DNA of 64,000 nucleotides, taken from NCBI RefSeq assembly GCF_058153355.1, contig NZ_CM177019.1. One strand, given 5' to 3'. Shown piece after piece: positions 12,743 through 22,008 of this stretch. The position numbers and the translations under genes are program-made. Each line of letters starts with the position of its first letter. Position 1 is the stretch's first letter. The notes under the pieces were generated by a model. It saw only the letters and a list, made by a program, of their open reading frames with translations. It ran no database searches and had not been told where the DNA came from.

Positions 12743-12753
12743 CCCTTCTGGGG
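12743..12753. repeat. IS4 target-site duplication, right copy (CCCTTCTGGGG)
   Basis: identical to 11306..11316. Confidence 0.85.
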
Positions 12754-13014
12754 CCGTTTTTTTGTTTTACCCAAAGCAACTTTCCCATAAACCGACAGCA
12801 TTTGCCTTCATCATATTTACGGCGATGTATAACGCCTACACACAGCGATATTGTACTTTACAGGTCACAAGTCAACGTCACTGTAAAAGCGATCTGTGAG
12901 GGGTATAGTGGCGTTAAAGAACTGTCGAGAAGGGTATATACACCGGATGAAGTGCGTAAAATGAACTGACAGGATAAAAGCGCCCTGCTCACCCTGTCAG
13001 TAAAGAAATTCTTA

Positions 13015-13632
13015 TTAATCGTGGCGATGCCTTTCCTGAATAGCCGTTAATGAGCCGACTTCTAACGCCTCTTTATAGTGTTTGCGGCATACAGAAACGT
13101 AGCGTTCATTACCACCAATAACCACCTGCTCACCTTCGTTATAAGGTCTGCCTGCTTGATCAAGACGCAGCACCATGCTTGCTTTACGGCCACAAAAACA
13201 GATGGTTTTTAATTCAACCAGTTTGTCGGACCATGCCAGTAAGTATTGGCTGCCAATAAATAATTCACCTCGAAAATCGGTACGTAAACCATAACAAAGT
13301 ACGGGTATATCGAGTTGATCTACAACCTCCGATAATTCATATACTTGTTGTCTGGTTAAAAACTGGCATTCATCAACCAGTACGCAATGAATTGCCTGCT
13401 GTTCATGTTCCGCACGAATCTCATCAAATAATGATGAATTTTGGTTAAATAATTTTGCAGGCGATGACAAACCTATACGCGAGCTGACTTTCCCGGCACC
13501 AAAGCGATCATCAATTTCTGCCGTATATACGACAGTGCGCATGCCGCGTTCCTGGTAATTGTATGAAGATTGCAACAATGCTGTAGACTTACCCGCATTC
13601 ATTGCGGAATAGTAGAAATATAGCTGTGCCAT
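13015..13632 (-). CDS. tdk: thymidine kinase
   Basis: 205-aa [24 protein letters not shown]... with P-loop; divergent from hns. Confidence 0.93.
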
Positions 13633-14235
13633 CAGCCACAGGCCCTCAATGATATGAATTAAAGTTGGCTGGAGTTTATCATAATTCGTCAGTTTTTCAG
13701 CTCAACAGTATGCATAGAAGTGGTATATGCGTTCTCCCTTACGAAGCCTTGCATAATCCTTCTGAGCTATCATTACAACTGCCTCGCTTGTTATAAGCGG
13801 GTAAATGACTGCTGGTAACTATTCACAATCTTTAACCTGTTGCGCAAGTAATAGCCCTCTGTTGACCTCCTGGAGATAGTGCAATACTAAGTCCCTGCTC
13901 TTATTGCGACTGTTCTACTTTTCATCATTCGCTTAATAGGGAATTCTCGTAAACACGACTAATACAGAAGACTGAAAGGTCGTCAGCCTACGATAATCTC
14001 CCCATAAAATGTGACATGAATCAGGAAGTTTTAACCTCACGTGCTGCGAAATCATCGGCGCAAATAGGGCTATATGCCGCGTCTTTTCTGGCTAATTTTA
14101 TGAAAAGATATTTATTGGCGGCACAAAATAAAGAACAATTTTGAATTCCTTACATTCCTGGCTATTGCACAACTGAATTTAAGGCTCTATTATTACCTCA
14201 ACAAACCACCCCAATATAAGTTTGAGATTACTACA

Positions 14236-14649
14236 ATGAGCGAAGCACTTAAAATTCTGAACAACATCCGTACTCTTCGTGCGCAGGCAAGAGAATGTAC
14301 ACTTGAAACGCTGGAAGAAATGCTGGAAAAATTAGAAGTTGTTGTTAACGAACGTCGCGAAGAAGAAAGCGCGGCTGCTGCTGAAGTTGAAGAGCGCACT
14401 CGTAAACTGCAACAATATCGCGAAATGCTGATCGCTGACGGTATTGACCCGAACGAACTGCTGAATAGCCTTGCTGCCGTTAAATCTGGCACCAAAGCTA
14501 AACGCGCTCAGCGTCCGGCAAAATACAGCTACGTTGACGAAAACGGCGAAACTAAAACCTGGACTGGCCAGGGTCGTACTCCAGCTGTAATCAAAAAAGC
14601 AATGGATGAGCAAGGTAAATCCCTCGACGATTTCCTGATCAAGCAATAA
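14236..14649 (+). CDS. hns: nucleoid-associated DNA-binding protein H-NS
   Basis: 137-aa [44 protein letters not shown]...; AT-rich upstream region. Confidence 0.97.
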
Positions 14650-14672
14650 TCTTTTGTAGATGACACTTGCTT

Positions 14673-14702
14673 AAAATCCCGCCATTGGCGGGATTTTTTA
14701 TT
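14673..14702 (+). terminator. hns rho-independent terminator
   Basis: ATCCCGCC-ATTG-GGCGGGAT hairpin followed by TTTTTTA. Confidence 0.6.
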
Positions 14703-14739
14703 GTCCGGTTTAAGACAATTTAATAAGAATAAGCTATAA

Positions 14740-14775
14740 AAAAACGGCGTCGATTGCTCAACGCCGTTTCGTGGA
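14740..14775 (-). terminator. galU rho-independent terminator
   Basis: on minus strand AACGGCGT...ACGCCGTT hairpin followed by a run of seven T, directly downstream of galU stop. Confidence 0.5.
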
Positions 14776-14792
14776 TAACACCGATACGGAAG

Positions 14793-15701
14793 TTACTTCT
14801 TAATGCCCATCTCTTCTTCAAGCCAGGCTTTAAATTCCGTGCCAAGGGTGTTATGACGAATACCGTATTCAACGAAGGCCTGCATGTAACCTAATTTATT
14901 ACCGCAGTCATGGCTCTTCCCTTTCATATGATAGGCTTCCACCGTTTCTTTTTCGATCAGCATATCAATTGCGTCGGTGAGCTGAATTTCATCACCAGCA
15001 CCCGGAGGGGTTTTTGCCAGCAACGGCCAAATATCCGCGCTAAGAACGTAACGACCCACAATAGCGAGATTAGACGGCGCAACATCCGCTTTTGGTTTTT
15101 CAACCACGCCAACCATCGGTACGCTTTCACCCGGCGCTAATTCAACGCCTTTGCAATCCACAACGCCATATGCGGTCACATCAGCAACCGGTTCAACCAT
15201 GATCTGGCTATGACCCGTTTCATCAAAGCGGCGGATCATCTCTGCCAGGTTATCCTGTGACAAATCGGATTCATATTCATCCAGAATAACGTCAGGCAAA
15301 ATAACAGCCACAGGTTCATCACCCACTACCGGGTGAGCACACAATACCGCGTGTCCCAGGCCTTTCGCCAGCCCCTGACGAACTTGCATAATAGTCACGT
15401 GCGGCGGACAAATAGACTGCACTTCATCAAGCAGTTGACGTTTTACACGTTTTTCCAGCATTGCTTCCAGTTCAAAACTGGTATCAAAGTGGTTTTCAAT
15501 AGAGTTTTTAGATGAGTGAGTAACCAGCACAATTTCAGTAATGCCAGCCGCAATACATTCATTCACGACGTATTGAATTAATGGCTTATCGACAAGTGGC
15601 AACATCTCTTTCGGGATGGCTTTCGTCGCCGGCAACATCCTGGTTCCTAATCCCGCAACGGGGATAACGGCTTTTTTGACTTTCGTATTAATGGCAGCCA
15701 T
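14793..15701 (-). CDS. galU: UTP-glucose-1-phosphate uridylyltransferase
   Basis: 302-aa [38 protein letters not shown]... nucleotidyltransferase motif. Confidence 0.95.
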
Positions 15702-15902
15702 TTAAATTCTCCTGGACTGTTCGTGTTTTGAACGTGTTCATATTTCTGTATCGCATCCCAGTATATCAGCACCCCGAAGGGGCTAAGTTCTGAAAAGGAG
15801 GCGAGTTAGCATAATTAAGACAATTACTTATACGAATGGCGACGATAGTACCACCAGCCGACATTAGCAGGTAATGCAAATTTAGCCCGCGTTATCGTTT
15901 GC

Positions 15903-16916
15903 TCATTCTGCAGACAACATCAAGCGAAGCCGACCACCGGTTCCCCATATTTGGCATTGCCAGGCATCGCATCGCTGGCTCAATTGATTCAAATAAGCGT
16001 TACCTAAAGTGCCTAACGGAACACCATTACTGATTTGCACCTGGTGTTCGCCAGTATTTAACGTCGCATTCAGACCCGCAGAAACCAGAATGAGATTTTT
16101 CAGTTCGCGATGATAATAGCCAACTAATAGCGGAAACTGCCCCGGCAGATTGGCCTGACGGAGTAAATGGTTTACCTGCTTCAATAACGCGCCCAACTCT
16201 GGCAACCGTTGATTTTGATGTGCAAGCTGTTCCTGTAATAATCCGTTAAACAATGCGCGTAATAACAAGGCAGCAAGTACGCCATTATGTCCAGCTCTGG
16301 TGACATCAAGGCAATAAAATGCAAGATCGTTTTCCGAAAGTGCGGCAATATCAAGCACCAGGCCGGGTTTGTCCGCGGCAACCAATTGACGATAATTAAC
16401 CCGGCAATGGGAAATCACCTGCTGAACCGGCGGTTGCAATTCCTGTAATAATTTCGCCGCTGCGGCAGGGTTATCAACCATTGCATCCCAGTCGCGAAAA
16501 AGCCTCTCCTCTTCCTCAACGCGGGAATTAAACATGCTGGGATAGAGACAGGCAAAAACCATCTCGCGCAAGCGATTCAGATCTTTAACTGGTTTCAGCA
16601 AAACATCTTCAACGCCCAGACGTAACGCTTTGGCAATATCTGCCATATTTTCAGTGGCAGATATCACCAGAACCGGTGTCTGGTCACCTCTGTTGCGTAT
16701 ATGTTCCAGCAGTTTAAGCCCGTTCATTCGTGGCATCGCGATATCACATATCATCAGGTCTGGAGTGAAACCTCCCAGCAACTCAAGGGCATCCACCCCA
16801 TCAGCCGCCAGTACCGTTGTCGCTCCCAATGAGGAAAACCACGAATCCAGAAGCGAGCGAAATACCTGCTCATCTTCAACAATGAGAATCTGTTTTCCGA
16901 CCAATGGCTGCGTCAT
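15903..16916 (-). CDS. rssB: RpoS-degradation adaptor response regulator RssB
   Basis: 337-aa ORF with N-terminal receiver domain (ILIVEDEQVFRSLL, conserved Asp) and PP2C-like C-terminus. Confidence 0.9.
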   Translation of the reverse strand: MTQPLVGKQILIVEDEQVFRSLLDSWFSSLGATTVLAADGVDALELLGGFTPDLMICDIAMPRMNGLKLLEHIRNRGDQTPVLVISATENMADIAKALRLGVEDVLLKPVKDLNRLREMVFACLYPSMFNSRVEEEERLFRDWDAMVDNPAAAAKLLQELQPPVQQVISHCRVNYRQLVAADKPGLVLDIAALSENDLAFYCLDVTRAGHNGVLAALLLRALFNGLLQEQLAHQNQRLPELGALLKQVNHLLRQANLPGQFPLLVGYYHRELKNLILVSAGLNATLNTGEHQVQISNGVPLGTLGNAYLNQLSQRCDAWQCQIWGTGGRLRLMLSAE

Positions 16917-17007
16917 GTTCTCTCCCCTGACTGGCTTTACTCAATAGTGGCATGCTATTGCCACCTGCGCCTGTCAGAATTAACTTAAGTGTAGATAAAA
17001 ATTCTGG

Positions 17008-17913
17008 TCAAATGTTGGTGCGTACCAACGGCAAAAGTTCGTCCATTTTCTTTTCCACTGCCAGCTGCCCAGCCGCAATGGCAGCGTGCGCGCGATGGAA
17101 ATCAAGCGTAGATATTTGCGGGCAAACAGGTTGAATCAGAATATCGGGCGGATCACCTGCCATGCGGTTCCTTTTAAGGCGGTTCTCCAGCACCTGGATA
17201 GAAGTGGTCATAATCTCTGTTGCCGTTGGCGCTGTCACCGCCCGACGTGTCGTTATGCTGCCCAACCTTTCTTTCAGACGCGCATGCCACGGCAGAGAAT
17301 CACCATTCTCGCTATTTTCTTCACTGACATTAAAGGAGAGCAGATCTTGTTGCATCAAATGAGCATCGTGCTGCAGGTCGACCGCTATCACAATATCAGC
17401 ACCCAATGCACGCGTGAGCGAAATAGGAATTGGGTTAACTACTGCCCCATCAACCAGCCAGTAGCCGTTATGCGCAACGGGTGCCATTAGTCCTGGAATA
17501 CTGCATGATGCACGAATAGCAAGATGGAGATCGCCTTCAGTAAACCATAATTCGCGCCCAGTACTTAAATTGGTGGCAACAGCCGCGAAGCGACGGGAAC
17601 AATTTTCGATCTCTGTTTCCGGCATTATTTCGCGATATTGATTGAAGACACGCTCGCCGCGCAGTAACCCACCGCGCTGCCAGGAGAGATCCATCAGGCG
17701 TAAAACATCCCAATAACTGAAAGAGGTTACCCAATCTTCCAGCGCAGATAATCGATCGCATGCATAGGCCGCGCCCACCAGCGAACCAATTGAGCATCCT
17801 GCAACGATATCAATTTCAATACCCACTTTTTTTAGCGCATTAATAACGCCAATATGCGACCAACCTCTCGCCGCGCCAGATCCCAGCGCCAGCCCTATTT
17901 TTATCTTTCTCAT
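17008..17913 (-). CDS. rssA: patatin-like phospholipase RssA
   Basis: 301-aa ORF with GxGxxG (GSGAARG) and GxSxG (GCSIGS) patatin motifs; upstream of rssB. Confidence 0.9.
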   Translation of the reverse strand: MRKIKIGLALGSGAARGWSHIGVINALKKVGIEIDIVAGCSIGSLVGAAYACDRLSALEDWVTSFSYWDVLRLMDLSWQRGGLLRGERVFNQYREIMPETEIENCSRRFAAVATNLSTGRELWFTEGDLHLAIRASCSIPGLMAPVAHNGYWLVDGAVVNPIPISLTRALGADIVIAVDLQHDAHLMQQDLLSFNVSEENSENGDSLPWHARLKERLGSITTRRAVTAPTATEIMTTSIQVLENRLKRNRMAGDPPDILIQPVCPQISTLDFHRAHAAIAAGQLAVEKKMDELLPLVRTNI

Positions 17914-18025
17914 TATTCCCGCAAGATTCCCCTGGAATGCAATCGTAGCAACATCGCTACTGCTCGGTTAACATAGTGCTACTCAGGCGGTTAATACGCC
18001 GTTATTGTTTCCAGGGAGATTATTT

Positions 18026-18484
18026 GTGTCTCAGCTTTGTCCCTGTGGTAGTGCTGTCGAGTATAGCCTATGTTGCCACCCTTATGTGTCTGGTGAAAAG
18101 GTTGCACCTGATCCAGAACATCTCATGCGTTCGCGTTACTGCGCTTTTGTGATGCAAGACGCAGATTATTTAATAAAGACCTGGCATCCATCTTGTGGAG
18201 CGGCGGCGTTACGTGCCGAATTGATTGCCGGATTTGCGCATACTGAATGGTTGGGATTGACCGTATTTGAACATTGTTGGCAGGACGGCGACAATATCGG
18301 ATTTGTCAGTTTTGTTGCTCGATTTACCGAAGGTGGCAAAACAGGTGCAATAATTGAACGTTCGCGATTTTTGAAAGAAAACAGTCAATGGTACTATATT
18401 GACGGTACACGTCCGCAGTTTGGCCGCAACGATCCCTGCCCTTGTGGTTCAGGTAAAAAATTTAAAAAGTGCTGCGGCCAATAA
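18026..18484 (+). CDS. ychJ: SEC-C motif protein YchJ
   Basis: ORF 18005..18484; probable GTG start at 18026 after GGGAG; CPCGS near N-terminus and C-terminal [18 protein letters not shown] metal-binding motif. Confidence 0.8.
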   Translation: MSQLCPCGSAVEYSLCCHPYVSGEKVAPDPEHLMRSRYCAFVMQDADYLIKTWHPSCGAAALRAELIAGFAHTEWLGLTVFEHCWQDGDNIGFVSFVARFTEGGKTGAIIERSRFLKENSQWYYIDGTRPQFGRNDPCPCGSGKKFKKCCGQ

Positions 18485-18533
18485 TGGTTGACGGTACGGT
18501 TTAGCAAACACTCTCAACAAGGTTTTTCCAGCA

Positions 18534-19376
18534 ATGCATTCACTCCAACGTAAAGTTCTGCGTACTATTTGTCCGGACCAAAAAGGTCTGATCGCACGTA
18601 TTACCAATATTTGCTACAAGCACGAGTTAAATATCGTGCAGAACAATGAATTTGTTGATCACCGTACCGGGCGCTTTTTTATGCGCACGGAACTGGAAGG
18701 AATTTTTAATGATTCCACCCTGCTGGCGGATCTCGACAGCGCATTGCCAGAAGGCTCCGTACGTGAGCTGAATCCTGCCGGTCGTCGCCGGATAGTGATT
18801 CTGGTCACTAAAGAGGCGCATTGCCTTGGCGATTTGTTGATGAAAGCCAATTACGGCGGCCTGGATGTCGAAATCGCGGCAGTTATTGGTAACCACGATA
18901 CTTTACGTTCTCTGGTTGAGCGTTTTGATATTCCGTTTGAGCTGGTAAGTCATGAAGGATTAAGTCGCAACGAGCACGATCAAAAGATGGCGGATGCCAT
19001 TGATGCTTATCAGCCTGACTACGTGGTGCTGGCGAAGTATATGCGGGTATTAACGCCAGAATTTGTGGCACGCTTCCCGAATAAGATCATCAATATTCAC
19101 CATTCATTCCTGCCAGCGTTTATCGGCGCACGTCCTTATCACCAGGCCTATGAACGTGGCGTGAAGATTATTGGCGCAACCGCTCACTATGTGAATGACA
19201 ATCTGGACGAAGGTCCAATCATCATGCAGGACGTTATTCATGTCGATCATACCTACACAGCTGAAGATATGATGCGCGCAGGTCGTGACGTCGAGAAAAA
19301 CGTCTTAAGTCGCGCACTCTACAAAGTACTGGCGCAGCGCGTCTTTGTTTACGGTAATCGGACGATTATTCTTTAA
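18534..19376 (+). CDS. purU: formyltetrahydrofolate deformylase
   Basis: 280-aa ORF with N-terminal ACT domain and formyltransferase domain. Confidence 0.93.
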   Translation: MHSLQRKVLRTICPDQKGLIARITNICYKHELNIVQNNEFVDHRTGRFFMRTELEGIFNDSTLLADLDSALPEGSVRELNPAGRRRIVILVTKEAHCLGDLLMKANYGGLDVEIAAVIGNHDTLRSLVERFDIPFELVSHEGLSRNEHDQKMADAIDAYQPDYVVLAKYMRVLTPEFVARFPNKIINIHHSFLPAFIGARPYHQAYERGVKIIGATAHYVNDNLDEGPIIMQDVIHVDHTYTAEDMMRAGRDVEKNVLSRALYKVLAQRVFVYGNRTIIL

Positions 19377-19458
19377 TCGCCAGCAAAATAGAACTGGTTG
19401 CCTTTAATCCGTTACGGATGAAAATTACGCAACCAGTTCATTTTTCTCAACGTAACCC

Positions 19459-19494
19459 TTTACAGCGGCGTGTCATTTGATATGATGCGCCCCG
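19459..19494 (+). promoter_or_regulatory. tyrT promoter (-35 TTTACA, 16-bp spacer, -10 TATGAT, GC-rich discriminator GCGCCCCGC)
   Basis: consensus-like sigma70 hexamers about 45 bp upstream of the mature tRNA 5' end; GC-rich discriminator characteristic of stringently controlled stable-RNA promoters. Confidence 0.7.
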
Positions 19495-19536
19495 CTTCCC
19501 CACAAGGGAGCAGGCCAGTAAAAAGCATTACCCCGT

Positions 19537-19621
19537 GGTGGGGTTCCCGAGCGGCCAAAGGGAGCAGACTGTAAATCTTCCGTCATCGACTTCGAAGGTT
19601 CGAATCCTTCCCCCACCACCA
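19537..19621 (+). tRNA. tyrT: tRNA-Tyr (anticodon GUA), variant copy with G-to-T change in the 3' strand of the anticodon stem at 19579
   Basis: 85-nt sequence ending CCA; identical to the second copy except one base (UCUUC instead of UCUGC). Confidence 0.85.
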
Positions 19622-19655
19622 TCTCAAGCATTACATCAAAATTTGAATTATCCCT

Positions 19656-19740
<85 letters not shown>

Positions 19741-19985
19741 TCACTTTCAAAAACCCCTGTATTCTCCAACGAATCCGTAACTGAATATTCTGCCCATACG
19801 GGGAAGGATGAGAAGCTTCGACTAAGGTTCGACTCGAGCGCCAGCGAGAGAGCGTTGCCGCAGGCAACGACCCGTAGGGCGAAGCGCGCAGCGCTGAGTA
19901 ATCCTTCCCCCACCACCATCACTTTCAAAAACCCCTGTATTCTCCAACGAATCCGTAACTGAATATTCTGCCCATACGGGGAAGG

Positions 19986-20075
19986 ATGAGAAGCTTCGAC
20001 CAAGGTTCGACTCGAGCGCCAGCGAGAGAGCGTTGCCGCAGGCAACGACCCGTAGGGCGAAGCGCGCAGCGCTGA
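19986..20075 (+). CDS. tpr: protamine-like Arg-rich 29-aa peptide (tpr-type ORF, repeat unit 2)
   Basis: [38 protein letters not shown] inside the repeat unit. Confidence 0.45.
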   Translation: MRSFDQGSTRAPARERCRRQRPVGRSAQR

Positions 20076-20163
20076 GTAATCCTTCCCCCACCACCATCAC
20101 TTTCAAAAGTTCCTGAAATCCCCAACAAATCCGCAATTAAATATTCTGCCCATACGGGGAAGG

Positions 20164-20253
20164 ATGAGAAACTTCGACCAAGGTTCGACTCGAGCGCCAG
20201 CGAGAGAGCGTTGCCGCAGGCAACGACCCGTAGGGCGAAGCGCGCAGCGCTGA
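20164..20253 (+). CDS. tpr: protamine-like Arg-rich 29-aa peptide (tpr-type ORF, repeat unit 3)
   Basis: [32 protein letters not shown]; same frame and position within the repeat unit. Confidence 0.4.
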   Translation: MRNFDQGSTRAPARERCRRQRPVGRSAQR

Positions 20254-20341
20254 GTAATCCTTCCCCCACCACCATCACTTTCAAAAGTTCCTGAAATCCC
20301 CAACAAATCCGCAATTAAATATTCTGCCCATACGGGGAAGG

Positions 20342-20431
20342 ATGAGAAACTTCGACCAAGGTTCGACTCGAGCGCCAGCGAGAGAGCGTTGCCGCAGGCA
20401 ACGACCCGTAGGGCGAAGCGCGCAGCGCTGA
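20342..20431 (+). CDS. tpr: protamine-like Arg-rich 29-aa peptide (tpr-type ORF, repeat unit 4)
   Basis: identical to the unit 3 ORF. Confidence 0.4.
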   Translation: MRNFDQGSTRAPARERCRRQRPVGRSAQR

Positions 20432-20620
20432 GTAATCCTTCCCCCACCACCATCACACCTTTAAATACTCAAAACCTGTTACTTCAAGCTAATTTGCCCC
20501 GTGGCACCGCGTTTTCCGGACCTACAATATCCTCCCCTGTAGGTCAGATAAGCGAATCACTCCGCACCGTGCCCATAAAAAAACCCCGCCGAAGCAGGGT
20601 CTATGTGAACTAAAATTCGC

Positions 20621-21298
20621 TTAGTGGCGAGCACGCACCAACTGATATTTCCGTGTCAGATACTCCACCGGTACGCTCCAGATGTGCACCAGACGCGAGA
20701 ACGGGAACAGCAGGAATAACGTCATCCCCAGCACCAGGTGCAGACGGAAGATAAACGCCACACCATCAAGATGCTGGGACGCACCACCGTGGAAGGTCAC
20801 CACCGACTGTGCCCAGCCAACCAGTTTCATCATCTCGCTACCGTCCATATGCTGGGCGGAGAACGGAATGGTCAGTAGGCCCAGTGCGCACTGGATAACG
20901 AGTAGCGACAGGATCAGGATGTCCGCCCCAGTAGTCGTTGCTCGTACGCGTGGGCTGGTCAAACGACGCTTCAGCAACAGCACGCCGCCAATCAGGCACA
21001 GCACGCCGCTGGCACCACCAGCAAACATCGCCATTTTCTGTTTCACTTCAATTGGCAGCCACGCTTCATACATCCAGTGCGGCGTCAGCATACCGAAGAA
21101 GTGGCCGACAAAAATCCCCAGAATTCCGATATGGAACAGGTTCGACGCCAGGTTCATCCCTTTGCGATCCAGCATCTGGCTGGATGCCGCGCGCCAGGTG
21201 TACTGCCCGTAGTCATAGCGCAGCCAGCTACCAATCAGGAAGACCGCCCCGGCTATGTACGGGTAGATATCAAAGAAGAACATATTCAGGAATTGCAT
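20621..21298 (-). CDS. narI: respiratory nitrate reductase A gamma subunit (cytochrome b)
   Basis: 225-aa hydrophobic ORF; last gene of narGHJI. Confidence 0.95.
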   Translation of the reverse strand: MQFLNMFFFDIYPYIAGAVFLIGSWLRYDYGQYTWRAASSQMLDRKGMNLASNLFHIGILGIFVGHFFGMLTPHWMYEAWLPIEVKQKMAMFAGGASGVLCLIGGVLLLKRRLTSPRVRATTTGADILILSLLVIQCALGLLTIPFSAQHMDGSEMMKLVGWAQSVVTFHGGASQHLDGVAFIFRLHLVLGMTLFLLFPFSRLVHIWSVPVEYLTRKYQLVRARH

Positions 21299-22008
21299 TA
21301 GTGCTGTCCTCCGGTGGTGATATTCAGATATTGCGGCGCGACGGCACCGGCAAAGCGACGCTGATGAGCAGTGATTGCTGAATCACCGCAGCCTTTGTCA
21401 GCAAAGAATTTAACCTGCTCTTCTTCCCAGACGGCATCCAGCGCCTGTGGCGTATCGTCGCGCGCTTCATCAGCAATTTTTTCCGCCACTTTGTCGCTGT
21501 CGATAGCGGTATTCGCCAGTTTCAGCAGCAGATCAAACAGCACGGCATAACGGCTTTCACGTTGTTGCAGACGCGCGCTCAGCAATGCCAGAATCGGCGC
21601 AATATCTTTCAAACCCTCCACTGCTTCGCTTTGCGGAAGCTGCGCCAGATACTCCAGATACAGTGGCAAATGGTCTGGCAATTCGCGGCTGTTTAACTGC
21701 AAACCGTGCTGCTCATACTGTGCCAGCAGGTCCACCATCGCCTGACCGCGATCGCGGGATTCCCCGTGAACGTGTTCAAACAGCAACAGCGACGTTGCGC
21801 GACCACGATCGAACAGTTCGCTGTACTGCGCCTGGGCATCGAGCGGATCCATCGTCGTTAAATCGCGCAGGAAAATGCCCAGCGCATGGGCATCTTCTTT
21901 CGACAGATTTTTCGACGCAGCAATCGCCTCAAACATCTCTTGTTGATGCTGCCATAAGGCAGCATCCGGATATTCAAGGAGACGCGATACAATCACGAGT
22001 TCGATCAT
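21298..22008 (-). CDS. narJ: nitrate reductase assembly chaperone NarJ
   Basis: 236-aa [29 protein letters not shown]...; overlaps narI start by 1 bp. Confidence 0.95.
   Translation of the reverse strand: MIELVIVSRLLEYPDAALWQHQQEMFEAIAASKNLSKEDAHALGIFLRDLTTMDPLDAQAQYSELFDRGRATSLLLFEHVHGESRDRGQAMVDLLAQYEQHGLQLNSRELPDHLPLYLEYLAQLPQSEAVEGLKDIAPILALLSARLQQRESRYAVLFDLLLKLANTAIDSDKVAEKIADEARDDTPQALDAVWEEEQVKFFADKGCGDSAITAHQRRFAGAVAPQYLNITTGGQH

Larger units (their letters stand above)
19741..20452 (+). repeat. tandem array of four complete 178-bp tpr repeat units downstream of tyrV
   Basis: units at 19741-19918, 19919-20096, 20097-20274 and 20275-20452; units 1-2 and 3-4 form two sequence variants; each unit ends with the tRNA 3' terminal 18 nt ATCCTTCCCCCACCACCA. 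Confidence 0.9.

Noticed and set aside
12531-12899. 122-aa plus-strand ORF spanning the right end of IS4 into flanking DNA
   Set aside because: Crosses the IS boundary and the target duplication; out of frame with the transposase; no start-site support
19741-20452. Possible CRISPR array (regular direct repeats)
   Set aside because: Units are 178 bp and contiguous with no unique spacers, no cas genes nearby; this is the tRNA-linked tpr repeat
20453-20620. Possible partial fifth tpr repeat or terminator after the array (TCACACCTTTAAATACTC...)
   Set aside because: Only the first few bases resemble a repeat unit start; I could not define a hairpin or U-tract confidently, and K-12 termination here is reported as rho-dependent, which cannot be read from sequence alone
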